Below the pieces are notes generated by a model, which had not been told where the DNA came from, did not search any database, and saw only the letters and a list, made by a program, of their open reading frames with translations. A stretch of DNA of 38,318 bases from Jimgerdemannia flammicorona. Lineage: Eukaryota. This document shows positions 22,101 through 36,049 of the stretch, piece after piece. The stretch lies in the NCBI GenBank assembly GCA_003990765.1, contig RBNJ01000162.1, positions 1 through 38,318 on the forward strand. Reading direction: 5' to 3'. The stretch's first letter is position 1, and every line of letters begins with the position of its first letter. A program made the position numbers and the translations under genes.

Positions 22101-24270
22101 GTCTCTCAACCCTTACCCAAACCAAAACCACAACCCACCTTTCGTCCACCCGGCCCACTCCTCATCTAGTGGATACTCGACCTTCATCCTCAACACACCC
22201 ACGAGCTTTCTATACACAAGATAGGCAGCCTCCCTCGCCCTTCTCGCCTCCTCCTCTCTCACGATCCTCTTCGCCGTCTCCTCAGGGTCGACGAGTTCCT
22301 CATCATCGCCGTTTCCGCCCCCACCGCCCAGTACCTCCGCGTCCACAAGCGACTCTTGTAGGTCGTACCAGAAATTGAGGGGGATCTCACTGATCTCCTG
22401 ATCGGCGCCAAAGTGGCCGGGAAAGCCTGCAAACCCGATCATCATGTCCAAGTATGAGATCACGTCCCCCCGAAGCAGGTGCCGCGCGATGAAGTCGGTG
22501 TAGCTTTCGCCGAAGCTCGTCATGATCCGGCAGAGGGTGCGCGCGGATTGGTCGTCGTTTTCTGAGCGGGAATGGATTTCGGAAACGTTAAGAGCTAATC
22601 AGTGGGATGTAATACCAATACGCTACATTCCTAGTCTCAATCCCACACGTTCGCGCCTTCTCCAATCCCCGTATCCCCAACCACGCGTTGCGACAATCTA
22701 CCCATCCACCAACCCCATTCCATCAAACTTACCGTTGACACACCTCGCAAACTCGCCCTGCGCCCACTCGCTCGTCACACACACCAGCACATCCTCGCAC
22801 AGCCTTAGGAACGACGAGTGAGTTGGATGCGACATGACCTCCAATAGTGCGTCCGCCGCGGGTTCAAACAGCGCGGGGACGGGGAGGAGCGACATTGTGA
22901 GCTGCACGAGGGGGTAGGATGTTCTGTTCAGGAGAAAGAAAAGGAGGGGTATCGGTGTGAGATCCAATGTCGGTCGAAACAAAGTAGAAGCAATAATTGA
23001 TGAAAGGCAGGGAAACGTACAGCAGCGGGATCCCGTATTGCACCCAGCTCTGGAAGCACCGCAACGCCTTCTGCTTGACCACGACATCGGCATTGCCGTG
23101 GGGAAGGGGCTCGGCGAGGAAGGTTTGGAGGGTCGTAATGACGAGGGGAACGGCATCCAGGAGTTCCTGATTGATCTTGGCCCTAGGAGAGGGCACAGTG
23201 AGGTGAGGCGTTGGTGGGATACCGTTACGTTGTCGGGGTTATCTCGCCACTACGCTCTAAATCCCTTTCTTTTTCATTCCTTTCCCACCTCTCCTATCCG
23301 ATTAGGAGAACCACTTACTTCCGGTCGCCGATCAGATCCGCCGTGCTGACCTCCTCCGGTACGACGGTCAGGAACTCGAGTAGTGTGACCTTCACGTTGC
23401 GTGGATTCTTGCCCTGGGCCTGCGCACCGGACTGAAGGATGTGGCAGAAGTCCGTGATAAAGTGGGGCCATTTCGTGGGAACAGCGTGGAGGGCGTAGGC
23501 TGTCAGCTGGAGGAGAGTTGTTTGGTTAGTCAGGAGGTAGTCGGGATATCGAACGAGGGGTGAGCGAAGGAGGAGAGTCATGTACGAACGGCCAGGCAGA
23601 GTTTGGTGGTGACGAAGGTAGGGCCGTCACAGAGCCGGATGAGCCAAGTCAGGAGTTCCTGTCGTAGCCATGGGATACGGTCCTCCGGAATTGTGTCCCT
23701 GCGTGGTGATTATTTTCGAATTTTACAAGGAGAGCTTGGTACTCCTGTAGATGAGCGCGAAAAGAGTAGAGAGCTAAATCACGATACCAGTCTCTCGATA
23801 TTTTCACTTGGAACGTATGGGCACCGAAGAACTGGCAGTTGATGGACTATTTATCACAGTTCGAGGCAGAACGGAGAAGAACGGCAAAGAGAATGGCATA
23901 ACGTCGCGTTAAAACTCGTGGGACGCAGTACGCGTCATTCCGATGGACGACAAGCCCCACGTTAAGAGCAAGTTTTCACGTCTCCCTCCTCTTCTCGGAA
24001 CGCGACGTACCGGCGAGGCAAGAAGCTGCGGGGCTAATTCCCAGGCGTATGGCTGCTTCTGCAGGGTGTGCAGGAAGTCTTGGGCCTGTTTCGCGAACTG
24101 GGGGTCGCTGCTTGCGTACAACTGGTCGATAACCTGTTGGGTTTGTATTATTTTGTGGGGGTGTGCAAGCAAACGAGTTGGTGTTTGTATATTTGGATGG
24201 TTTATTCGGTTGGTGTCTTTGTCTTGCATACCTGCTGAACCTGTACTATATTTTGCTGCTGGTGCTGCAT
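19183..24270 (-). CDS. IPO13: Importin-13-like karyopherin beta (multi-exon)
   Basis: Spliced product MQHQQQNIVQVQQ|VIDQLYASSDP..AWELAPQLL|..FFGAHTFQVKISRDW|..LLEFLTVVPEEV|..EISEIPLNFWYDLQESL..|FRIFRRDVGDTL..|SYAEWLKSHPEFLLPALNYL..|RFREVVQEFSLKCRKLEDTAFGAAV*. Confidence 0.85.
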
Positions 24271-24368
24271 TAATGGTGGGTTGGGTGTTTGTGGGCCAGG
24301 CCAGCTTCTTTTCTATATGACATGTGGCTTCGTGCGAATCATGTGACACCCTTCTACACTCCGACACC
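24271..24368. promoter_or_regulatory. Compact bidirectional promoter
   Basis: Only 98 bp separate the divergent ATGs (24270 and 24369). The interval contains TATATGACATGTGG and ATCATGTGAC. Confidence 0.6.
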
Positions 24369-25277
24369 ATGAACCACCGACACTCACTGCTTCTGCTCCT
24401 CCCCCTCCTCCTCGCCGTCTTCTCCGTATTTCCTCCATCCGTTCGCGCCCAGGGTGAGATCCCTCCCAGCGTTGTCGTCGACTTGACTGACTCAGATATC
24501 GGCCAACTCGAAAAGGGCGAGTGGTTGATCGAATTGTAGGTCGTTTCCGCCCCTCTCGATCTCGCGCTTACTCTATGCCACCCCCACCCCAAGGTTCAGC
24601 CTCAAACGTTACATCTAAACCAACCGCCCAGCTATGCTCCATGGTGCGCCGCCTGCCACCGCTTCAAAGGGTTCTACGACCTGGCCGCGTTTATGGTCTT
24701 CGACCACGACCCTAGCATCCAGCTAGCAAAGGTCAATGTCGATGACAACCCGGGACTGTCAAGCCAGTTCTTCGCGTTCCGGTTACCCGCCTTCTACCAC
24801 ATCAAGGATGGGCAAGGTAAGCATTATTATTCATAGTATTGAGGTCTACCGCCGCATCACGTTACCGATCACGATTATTCGCTTGCAGTCCGCGAAGCAC
24901 GCATCAGGCTAGATACGCCCCAGGGCGCCATCGACTACCTTAAGCGCCAAGAATGGAAGAATTCCAAAGTGTGGGACAACCTCTTTTCGCCTTTCTCAAC
25001 CTTGTAAGTGCCCTCATTTTCATCTCTTTTCTTCCCATCCGACCCCACCACGTTCTCACTCAACTCCGTCCCCAGCGGCCACTTCATGAACCGGATCGGC
25101 CGCTCCGCAAAGTACATAGTCGACCATCGCGAGGATATCAAGCGGGGCGCACTCTACGTCGGCGTCGCCTGGCTCGCCTACATTGCTTTCGCCAAGGTCG
25201 CCGAGGTAATATCCCTGGTGAAGGTGACGATTCCTGTAGCAGCTGTGGAGGTAGACGAGCCGAAAAAGACGAAGTAG
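24369..25277 (+). CDS. Thioredoxin-related transmembrane protein (TMX1-like ER oxidoreductase), 4 exons
   Basis: Signal peptide; GEWLIEF|YAPWCAAC active site; AKVNVDDNPGLSSQFFAFRLPAFYHIKDG; one TM helix; C-terminal KKTK dilysine ER-retrieval motif. Exons 24369-24535, 24632-24816, 24889-25003, 25076-25277. Confidence 0.88.
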
Positions 25278-27000
25278 GGTCGCATGTGGTGGTTGTGATG
25301 ATGGGTTTAGCGGCGAGCATAAAGGTGGTGGGCAATTTCCACTAAGCGATGGAAAAATAAAATGAAGAATGATGTTCAATATCTTTGAGAACGACCGACA
25401 TCATGCCCATCGAGTCCACCCCTTTAATACGCCATGACAGCGTCCAATTTACCAGGATTTGGATGCTGGAATACTGTCTAGTTCTCAATTTGTCGACAAG
25501 CATTTTTTTTTTTTTTTTTCTAGCCTGATGCTGTGGAACAAAGGACGGACCGTGAGAAAAACCAACGTATATGTACACATGTACATATGCATTGATACTT
25601 CGATTCATCATGGCCGAAAAGGACAGACACCATCCAAGCTACCATCATCTATCATAGACTCAAACCAACAGACTCAGAACTCACTCTTGTCATCTATCTC
25701 CGCACAACCCTGATTATGGGCTCGCATGTCCATGGCTTTCCTGGCCCAAACGAGCGACCCGGACGTGGCCGTCGTACCCGTGCCATCCCTCTCTCACCCC
25801 ACACACATCACGAACAAGCAGGGCCTTTGACAAGATCCTCCACGACCCTACCGGCATTGTTCACACGCTCTAACACACCAATGGCGCACCCCGCGACATC
25901 TTGGCTCCCATGCTATTCCAGGTGTACTTATAGTTGTGATGTTGTTGCTAATTACACCTCCCTCAAGTTTGAACATTGTACACCTGGCTTTGGCCATTAG
26001 TTGGTTAGATTTATGTCATGACTACTACGTATGAGTCCAAATTATAACATGAACAAATATGTAATATATAAATAGCACTTGGGCAGTGGCGCAGCGATGC
26101 ATATCGCCTATGAAGTAATTATAATAGTTTGTAGATCATTAAAACAACGTCTGTATTAGATAATTGCAATACGGAATATAGCCAAAACTAGGGCGCATGG
26201 TCTTCAAGGCATACAAACCTGGCCAAAAGATAAATTACTGCATTACATAATACAATAAGCTATGGTGCATGGATCGGATATATTTCTCCCATCCATCCAA
26301 CCTGAATCTGAACCAACACTGAAAAACTTCAACTCTTTGCGAAAGGTGTCGTCAGATCGTGATTTAATGATACAAGCCAACAAATTCAACTTTCCGAGCA
26401 ACGGCGTCTCAACTTGGCAAGTGAATTTCACACGTATGCCTTACTCGGGAATTTCGGCCTTTGGGACAATAAGGATTTTACACATCTGCATGATGTTTCA
26501 AACTCGTCACATTTTCATTTCTGCCGGCGACATTTTGGTAGTGGATCGAATGAGTCGGCTTCGATTCGGCGTTCTTTGGTCGCCCTGTCTTTGTGAAGTT
26601 GGCTTATATAGGCGAAGGTGTATATACATCCAACAACATTTCTATTCCGACGGAATACCCCCAATTTGTACCATCCAGCATTCATTGTACCAGTCTAGCA
26701 TTCATTACACCGTCCAGTATTATGTGGTTACTCTCAACTTTCGAAGGATTTATCATGCATTGCGTCCCTTATGGCAATGAAACAGACATTTGTATTTAAT
26801 CGTTTGAAACATTCCCTTGATTAATGGGTTGACCACTGAAAACTCAGAGGTAAATATATATATATCTAGGCCCTTAAAAGCAGACCCGTGGGATTGAATG
26901 ATTGTCTGATGTCGTGGTGGATAAAATATCACCAGCTGACGAAAAGCCTTTAGGCACGCGATTCGACAACGCTATTGTAGCTTGAAATCAAAGCAACACT

Positions 27001-27045
<45 letters not shown>

Positions 27046-28997
27046 GCCGTTTAGCTATAATGGATGGATTCACTTTATGGCCGCCCGGCAGCATCCGCAA
27101 CCGAAATATCAATATCCGATGCGGCAAAAACATTAAATTGAGCGGAATTTCTCGACAAATTCACACACATCGATCCGTGTAGCTGATGTGATTGCATCGC
27201 GTATGTATCCTTCATTGTGTGGATTTTGTCCCGCGTGGGCATACGCACAAGCATTCGCGCGTGTTGGCGAATTGGAGCTCTCATCTTCAGAGGTTCATTC
27301 GTTATCACCGACTTGGTGAGATTTGCCTATCGTCACCCATAATTTTGGGATGATGTTCGCTCGAGGCTGTTAACCTTTTCGTTGGCACCTGCTACCAAAA
27401 TAACAGAATAATTTTATTTATTTATAAAAATAAAAAAAAAAACTCGGCGGATGTCGTTGACGTTTCCAATGCTATTATTGGTGTTGGCCTTTTATAGTAA
27501 CCTCCACATGGGTTTGAAATGATGTGCTATTTTGTTCGCGCATCACACTGACGAAACATGCCCCGTCTGACCAGCAAGGTTGACTTTGCAATTGGCCAAA
27601 TAGGGGTGGGAGCTTCGAAGGATTAAGTGTAGGGTACGCCACTGTAACATATAATTGCCGTTCGTTGCTTAAATCCCCTTTTTCCCATTCGCTGAATTGG
27701 AAGGCGTGGCGGGTTTTCTGGTCCGCAGCAATCTGGTGAAACTTTGCCCCGTCTTTTTCTCACGCGCCAACTTTGACGCGATGGGTTCGAATTGCTAAAT
27801 TTCACCTTACCAAACAATCGTGCGTTCGATACGCTCGATTCTGAGCGACCAGTGGCGTCACAAGGTTTCGAACGCCACCGTGTAATTGGAGCCAAGAAAA
27901 AAATAATAATAGACGGAAGCTGCGGCGTCGGAAATAATAGTGTAAAGTCATCTGATAAACGAAAAAAGAAAACAGGCGGATGTAAAGGCTCGAAAACGTG
28001 CATGAAATTTACAGATCGTCATCTGATGGTGCCAGACAAAGAAATTCTAATCGATACAGACCTTGGAAAACGTGGATCAATATGGCCCCCCATGCACCCC
28101 CTCTTTCGTAAAAGCGATTTTATTACCGTCCCCAAAACCCGATTATGTCAACGACGGCATGTAGTACCTCTAATTTCCGCAACGGTCGGACCGCATCACT
28201 TATTGACTTTTTGCCCGCGGCAACTGCACTACGCATGCAAATCCGACTAAAGAGGCTAACACCAACATTTGGTCACGTGAGCGTGCAGCACCGCCAGTGG
28301 TCGGCAAGGAGTTGCCGCGGTGGGAAGGAAAAGAAAATTTACAAGAATCTTATCGGTTTATTATTTATAGATCTAACCAGCACCACGCGATGTTTATATA
28401 ATTACATGACGCAAAAAACGATCCTTGCCTATTGGGCCAACCCATTCCAATTTTCCCGACTTTCCGTTCCGCCATCTCGAGGTTCAAACTGTATTCCAAA
28501 AATTGCCCAACCCTCCGCAGTCTATGGTGACACGTGGCCGCTCGTTGTCGGGAAGGGAAGGCGAGCACTCGCCCCTTGGCCCTCAAAAGATACGTCGGGG
28601 AACCAGCGGATCGGCCAGTCACCGTGCGCTGCTGGCTCGTGTGACGGGATAATTTTCCAAAGGAAGTGTGCTTCGAGGGCCCCGCTCGGCAATTAATTAA
28701 TTATTAGCTCCGTAAGTCGAAGGGACAGCAGTGACGGAGGCAATTTCGTTTGTTTGTTGATTGATTACGCCGACTATCTTCATTTTCTTTCTTTGCATTA
28801 TCGTTTGAGTCCGTCTTCCCTCCTTCCTACCTGGCCTTGCGGATACGATCTATAGCATTCGAGAGCGCCTAAACTTCTCGCAATCAAATCGATCCCTGGA
28901 ATCGGTCGCACACTAGCCAGGACACTGCCATCTTTTCCACCACTCAGGGTGCATCAAAACAAATCCCACTCATAACTCCCCAAACCCCTCATCGGAT

Positions 28998-30714
28998 ATG
29001 GAGTCCCACTCTCTGGCCACATCCCCTTCTCCCATCCCCTCCGTCGCCACCCCTGCCTCTCCCATCCCCTCCGTCGCCGCCCCTGCCTCTCCCATCCCCT
29101 CCGTCGCCACCCCTGCCTCTCCCATCCCCTCCTTCGCCGCCCCTGCCTCTCCTCTTCCCTCCCTCGCCATTCCTGCCTCTCCCACTGCCCCTGACCATCA
29201 CCACTCCATCATCGTCTTTACCCCCGCCGATGAAGAGGAAGGTTACGAGCTGGAGAGAGAGGAGTACGAGGGCGTGGCGTACGACCTCGAAGAGGAGGAC
29301 GGGCTGGTGCAGGGCGACGACGAAGACGACGAGAAATTGATGCCGCCGGCACCGGCGTTCAAGTTGTCCATAGAGAGCGCGTCCAGGCCCGCCAGGGTGT
29401 CGTCTATGACGGCGTTCCCAGCTATGCATATCCAACCGCCAGAGCCTGGTACGTGAAGGGGCTATGCATGTGGTGGTAACGATGGAATGAAAGTTTGATT
29501 TACGAATTAATTACTAAACGGTTACTCTTGAACTTCTCTAGAGGAGGGAATGGATTTCATGGGACCAAAGATCAATTACTTGAAGAAAATTGCACCACAG
29601 TTCAGTATGTATTCATTTAATCTATTTAACTTAATCCCCAACTCATCCGCGGTCATGACCATGAACTTACCGAGCCCTCCAATACCCACCACAGATATGC
29701 GCACGACCATCGATGACGACATGGGCTACCCGAAGCCTCACCCCCCGCGCCGCGGCATTCTGGTCATTGAGCACGGCACGACCCGCTCGGAGGTCAACTT
29801 CTCCACTGACTGGTCCCCCGCCGATCTCCTGCACAACACACCCGGCATAATCCCGGGAGCGCTCGAGTACAACCGCACCTTCTACCCCCTCATCCCCACC
29901 TCCATCCTCCCAATCCTCGGTGAGGGCGTGGCTTCCGTATTCTACCGCATCCATCCGATCCCGGAGAACGGCAAAGACTTCGACCCTGTCCGCTTGCCCT
30001 ATCGCGCAACCAAAGACCTCCCGGCCTTGGCATTCCGTATGCGCGTGCGTGACGCAGACGAGGACATGTACCCGGTCATCTCAAGGCGAATGAAGACAAA
30101 GCAGGACCCCGTGCAGGGCCGGAGCTTTAACTGCATAGTGAGCCTTGGAATGAGTGGTACTATGTTCTTGGATTATTTGAGGGCCGTGTGCCAGAAGGAG
30201 GTGCTGGAAACGATCATATCAGAGGACAAATTATTCAGGTTGGAGATGGGAAAATTTGATAATGGGAGCCTGGTCGAACTATATGAGGCTGTGTCGGAGA
30301 GGGGCGGGAGGCCGATTGAACCCAATAACGAATTGTATGGGAAGGACGTGCCGGACGATTTGATGATGCCCGAATTTTACGTCGAGTTCGTGAATAGTAA
30401 GTACCCTTTGTTCTACGTCTTTCGTGCCGCCACACCCCAAATCTCGCACTCAAACTATCGGAATCTCACCAACCCATTTCCTGCTTCCCCTTTGCGCTTC
30501 CACAGCCGCTTATCGTAAATCCCGTGGTGGTAAGAAGTCTCACGAGAAGCGGCGCAGCGCCACCGACGGCGAGCTAGACCACAAGAGCAAGAGCAGCAAA
30601 AAATCTAATAGCAAGTTTGGTGACTACTGCTGGACGATCACGGTAGCCTTGGGATTTATCGGGTTCATAGCCCTGGCGTGTGGCGGGTTCGTGACTAGCA
30701 AGAGCGGCCAATAA
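28998..30714 (+). CDS. Hypothetical tail-anchored membrane protein (4 exons)
   Basis: Phase-consistent GT-AG introns at ~29449-29541, ~29605-29694 and ~30396-30505. Architecture: N-terminal (PASPIPSVAT)n, acidic tract, globular core, basic tract, C-terminal TM (CWTITVALGFIGFIALACGGFV). Confidence 0.72.
29013..29190 (+). repeat. Coding 30-bp tandem repeat (~5.5 copies)
   Basis: CCCTGCCTCTCCCATCCCCTCCGTCGCCRC units encoding PASPIPSVA[T/A]. Confidence 0.9.
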
Positions 30715-32282
30715 AGCGATGTGTCCCAGGCGACGGGTTCGACTCTTGGTACACAAGTTGATTACATGTATTTGAACGAACGATAAGGGGCGAGAATGTC
30801 TGGCAGGAGTCAGCATGGCTCGACGTCCGCTTGGGACGACGCCAGTTCATAGATACCGGTTAAAAAGTCCATAGCCATCAATTGCCAAGGTCTTGTCAGG
30901 GTGTACATACAGGACATTGAACAATTGAATTTCACGCCAATCCTTTGTCATTGCATGTTTTAGACAAATTCCTGTTCCCTTTCATTGTATGATAAACTCA
31001 GGGAATATAAATGACCAATCATCGCAAGCACTGTTGACCGCGATTGCGATTGGGACAGCATATTCTTTATTTTTCATGGAAGGAATCGGTAACAAGCATT
31101 GTCGCGGAGATTACGATGAAAATGGAGAAGGCCCGTATCAGATGGGAGGGGTATAATAGTTTTCGCACGCCTCAAGCATCAGCAGCAACAGGCAACGCCA
31201 AAAGGCAGAGTGGCGGGAGCCGAAATACCATTGCCTTCTTGATACGCACCATGCAGCAAAAACGCCCCCTGAATTATTTTCGTGCAACACATGGTACCAA
31301 GGCGATGCGAAGGTAACCAGTTTTGATAAACTTGGGCCTACAAGTCACAGTTCCATAGCGGAGTGGAAAACTGCGCGTCGGAAAATGCACAGGGGTGGGT
31401 GGCCTGTCATAGAAAAGTGTCCTCTGAGCTTTCGGGCTGGAAAACTGGATGGTTTTTTTTTTTTTCGCACTCTGCTCGCGGATCGGAAAGCTGCAAACAA
31501 AAAGACCATCGATTTCGGATACAAAAGATTCCGTTTTGTTGCCTCGTAAGAAAATACCACTGAAAACGTTCGAGAAAGGTTGAAAGACGGTATTGGAAAA
31601 TGTCTGGTCCTGTAACTGTGGACTTGCAAAAATTGGATTGTCGGAATCTGTAATGTAATCCCGATTTTTTTTATTTTATTTTTATTTTTTATTTTGGTCG
31701 TGCCCTGTCATCGAGACAGCGAAATCTCTCGTCGGCGGATGCAGAATAAAATTCGAGTTGATGCTTAACACCAGGCAATGGATAGATGTTGAGCATAGTT
31801 CGCTTCATCAAGGTGAAGCAAAGACGAAAATAAGTGTTTTTGATTGGTTGATTCCACATTTTGTTATTATCTCTCCGTTTTTTGTGTCGATTGCAGTGGA
31901 GATGCCCCCCCCCACCCCCACCTGTCGAGACTCGTGTTATTTGTGAATTTACGGATAGGTTCAATATTTACCGTTTCCATTAGACGCGCCCTCCAATCAA
32001 ACGTCTGTAACCTGCCCGCTCTCTGGAAGAAGTTGAGTCCGATTGTGCGAACTTCTGTCGGTTGGCATGGTACGGATGACGACAAACCACTGAGATTTTC
32101 GTACGGAACATGCGACCATTTATTAAGCTAATAAAATTTCACGATTTTATGTATGCGTTCGACACGTTACAAGTATTGCTTTTATTATTTACAATTCCGA
32201 GATCCTACAACCTACCGTATATATAACATGCCCTTCTCACGATGTGCTCGAATACAAATATCAATCCAACACTTATGGCTCT

Positions 32283-34049
32283 TTACCGCTTCCTCCCATA
32301 AACGAAGAACAGGTTTCCCCAAGATTTGTACTTGCGAAGCTCTTCCCGAGCCAGCTCTACCATTTTGTCATGTTCTTCCTCTGTGCATTGAAGTTGCGCC
32401 ATCACTGTTGGCTTCAGTGTCACGAACAGCATCTTGTATATTTCGCCAACCAAATTGCCTATCCTGCCACCCCAGCTAATAGGCCAGGATGCGTAATCCC
32501 CAGAGATTTCTTCTAAAGAAAAATGGTTGAGGAGCTCAGGAAGAGCCTCCGCCCGGTCGCAATCGATCTTGTGGTTTCTCTGGGTTTCGATAACTGGAAG
32601 GGTGGAGTTTAGGTATTTGAGATGGATCCTATGTAAATTGTAACATCGTATATACACATACATACCGGCGTCATTCCATCTGGCAAAGTTTGGCCCTCGC
32701 GATTTGATATTTTGGTCGTACTCAACTATTGGATAAATATATAAAAAATTCAAATTGAGTAAGAATTGCCTGCCAAGACCAAAAGATGCACGCCTCGAAT
32801 TTCGATGTGCGTGGTCAGTTTTGAAATGACGTTTATTTATAGTTTTTCGTGTTAATAATAATAAAGATATCATTATTTGGCGGGGAAGAGTGGGGAGGAG
32901 GGGTGTGTGGAGGGGAAGAGGGTTCAAACGTGTCCCCGAACAGAGAGAAATGAGAAAATGCAACAACGTACTTAATTCAATCCATCCTCCCGGTTTTGTG
33001 ACTCTGATCAGCTCAATGATTGCTTTTTCCCATTGATCAGAAGAAAATGCGCCGGTCATCCCTCTGCAATAAGAATATGAAGCTTAGTTTTCCGGTACGT
33101 GTTCCGTGTAACACGCACAATAAAATCGACCAATCTACTAACCTTTGATACACATAATCAAACTCTCCGTCTTCGAACGGTAGCCCAGCTGGACCGACGG
33201 TATCTTCAACCATGAAGGATAGGTTCGGCGGAAGGGATTTTGTAGGGAAAGTTTTGGCAATGTCTGTACCTATGAACGTGGAATCCGGATACGCAGTGGC
33301 CATTTCCTACAAGAGAAATTTCTGAGGGGTTAAAAAACGGAGCCAAATGCAATAGACAATAATGTAGAGACAAGATAACATCACAGCGTGCGATTGTATC
33401 TTACCATAGTCCAGAGGCCTGGTCCACAACTAAGGTTAAATTATGGAAAGGATCGAAGTATGAGACCACTGATTCAGCGAGACACCGATAGCATACATGA
33501 GCAAAGATACCCTACCCAGCGTCGAGCACTTTGATCCCTCGAGTCAATGCTTCTTCGACGGGAGCGTTGTAGTTGCTGTTGTAAAAAAACGAGAGCCGTC
33601 AGATGCATCCCGTGTATATGCTCTGCAAATCACTAATATGTGGGACAGAAGATTGTTGCTTACCCGTGAAATACGAAGCTGATGCATGAATAAAATATTA
33701 ATATATATGTTAGTTTGCTATGTTGTTTCAGCTATCTGAAGTGTCATGATCAGCAATAGGTGGTGTTCTAAGTTACCGGGCTTGGTAGTGTTGCATTTGC
33801 AAACGGTTCAGCTCTGCGGTATCCCTGGACGGCTTGTAACTGTCGTCGTCAGTGGCGACGAGACCCCTTGAGCCAACAAACCGGAAGCCTCGAGGAACTG
33901 CATGGATGTAATCGGTGAGACGCGCGAATATTAAATTGATTGTTGCATTGATTGTGTCTTTACTTACCGGGTGACGTGGTTTTTATTGATAGATAGGTGA
34001 GAATTTGTGAAATGGAGGTGGTGGGATCTTGCTCGGCTTGGGCAGACAT
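32283..34049 (-). CDS. Class I SAM-dependent methyltransferase, LaeA-like fungal family (multi-exon)
   Basis: Spliced motifs ELNRLQMQHY, FHG|NYNAPVEEALTRGIKVLDAG|CGPGLWTM|EMATAYPDSTFIGTDI, LPFEDGEFDYVYQR, ELIRVTKPGGWIEL, WGGRIG, FVYGRKR*. Confidence 0.9.
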
Positions 34050-36049
34050 ATCAGGGGCTTTTGTTTTGAGGGATGGATGCAAAGAGAAGGAAACACAAGT
34101 TGTACCAAGAAGATCCGAGTTTTGACGGATAGATGGGGAAGTTTGATTTGCTACATCACCTGAATTGTGACAAGAATACAAATTTAAGTGTGATGCCGTG
34201 TGATAAGGCAACCCAGATCTCGCCAAATTTATAAGGTAGGATCGTTTCCAAGTTAGTGTTTCGTGTCACCCGCAGCCTGTAAGCCGGCTTTTGACGTTGG
34301 CTTGAATGCTAGCATTGTCCGTAGTACACTAACCGGGTCTTCAGGAGTGCAGGTTGCCCCTTCATTCCTTGGTTTGTTTGGATTGGTGGAATATACAAGT
34401 CCCGAATTTTTCATCAAGGACATTTATTTGTTTGTTGCAGATGTCCCAGTGATACGGAATTTCGCGGCCCGATCTCGAAGGGATTCACCATAGTTTCCAT
34501 GTGTCTATGCGTAAACATAGCTGTAAGTGGACGACTCCGCCCGCCATTGCGGATAACTAATATGCAGGGAGAACAAAACAATGGTCTCGCTGGCTCTGTG
34601 GTATCCAATTAGATAATCTTCCGAAGACTTTGTTATACTGAATTGGTTGGGAAATCCATCAGAGTAGTCTGCTTCCAGTCCGATGCCACCAATAGACCCT
34701 TCGCCCATACGAGGTGTGTAGGTCAGAAGTGATACATATTCATGCTGGCCATTGAAGCCCATAACCCGGTTTCTGCATTGTTTGCATTCCACACTGGGCA
34801 TTGAGACTCGCACAACCTGGGTAACTTTGTTTGCATTCCATCTTATACAAGAACCGACACTACGACAAGGGGTGAGAACGCCCGCGAGCAAATACACTAA
34901 TTCCGGCACTCATTCTCAACAGACGACAACTGCGCAATGAAGTTTACCCTATCATCCCTCCTTTGCACATCTTTGGCATTCATTTGCAACGATAAACCCC
35001 GCCCCTCCAAAACTGGTATCGGAGATTGCTCTTGTTGAGCAACAGCGTATCAGCGATGGCAAGTCTATGATGGTTACTTGGCTCACATCCACAATCATCT
35101 TGTACGAGGAAGACAATCTGATCTGGGAGGACATCACCGCCAAAATCGCGTATCAACTCGACATTCGGGCACTTACAGAATGATCCGCTCCAAGTTTGCG
35201 AGGATCGCGAAAGGACAATGGTACTTGAGTTTTTACAATCAAACGGCGCACGAAGGTTGGGTTCCAGATGCAGTGGAGACCTTGTGAATAGTGATTGATT
35301 TTGTCGAAGCGCTTGAAAAAGGGGGTTTAATGTTGGTAATGGTGGCGAACAACATGATACATGGCCAATTTTATTAAACTATTATGACTATTATGTTAAT
35401 AATACCATAGGAAATGATGATCATACTGGATTCGGAGGTTTCGGGCATCCAGAGGAAAGAAAACGAAAACTCCACAGGTTCTAACATACACCGTCACGGT
35501 CTCTATTGTAGTTTCAAATGGGTGAATGATTGAAATTGGGAGTTTTTAATTTTATTTTTATTTTTTATTTTTTGTCAAGTTGTTATGATAACCCGAAGAG
35601 AGCCTTGCTTTTTATTATTATTATTATTATTTAAACTAGTCGATGTGCAACTCAGCCATCTATGTTCGCAATGTATGACACGCGAGTGGAGAATCCGTTA
35701 CCGACACTGAAATTGCCATGATTACCACGAGAAACTCAACACATGCGAAGGGACCTCGACCAAAATTGGCGAGACTGGCGGATAATTATTTAGTCTATAT
35801 TACGTAAGTACCCAGGCCTAAAATAGGTTACACGACCGCGAAATCGTTTTCTCGGCGCCTGCCCGTCGTCGATCCAGTCTATCTTGGGGTCTATCTTGGG
35901 TTCAGCTCTGTTGCAGGGTTGGAGTTAACTTCGGCGAGGGGCGAGGGGGCCGAGGGGCCCGAGGAGGGCCGAGTCTGTGGAAGATTTGCACATGTGGGCT
36001 CCGCGGCAGCATGCAGATATGGTACATACGCCACGGTCTCTTAAGTTGA

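Noticed and set aside
19667..24320. Numerous plus-strand ORFs
   Set aside because: They are antisense shadows of GC-rich importin-13 exons.
25716..28696. ORFs 25716-26000, 26262-26780, 27792-28250 and 28145-28696
   Set aside because: No recognisable motifs, coding bias or splice structure; treated as intergenic.
34400..35290. Possible decayed gene (e.g. ...LYEEDNLIWEDITAKIAYQLDIRAL)
   Set aside because: Protein-like patches occur in shifting frames with many stops; no family or boundaries could be assigned.
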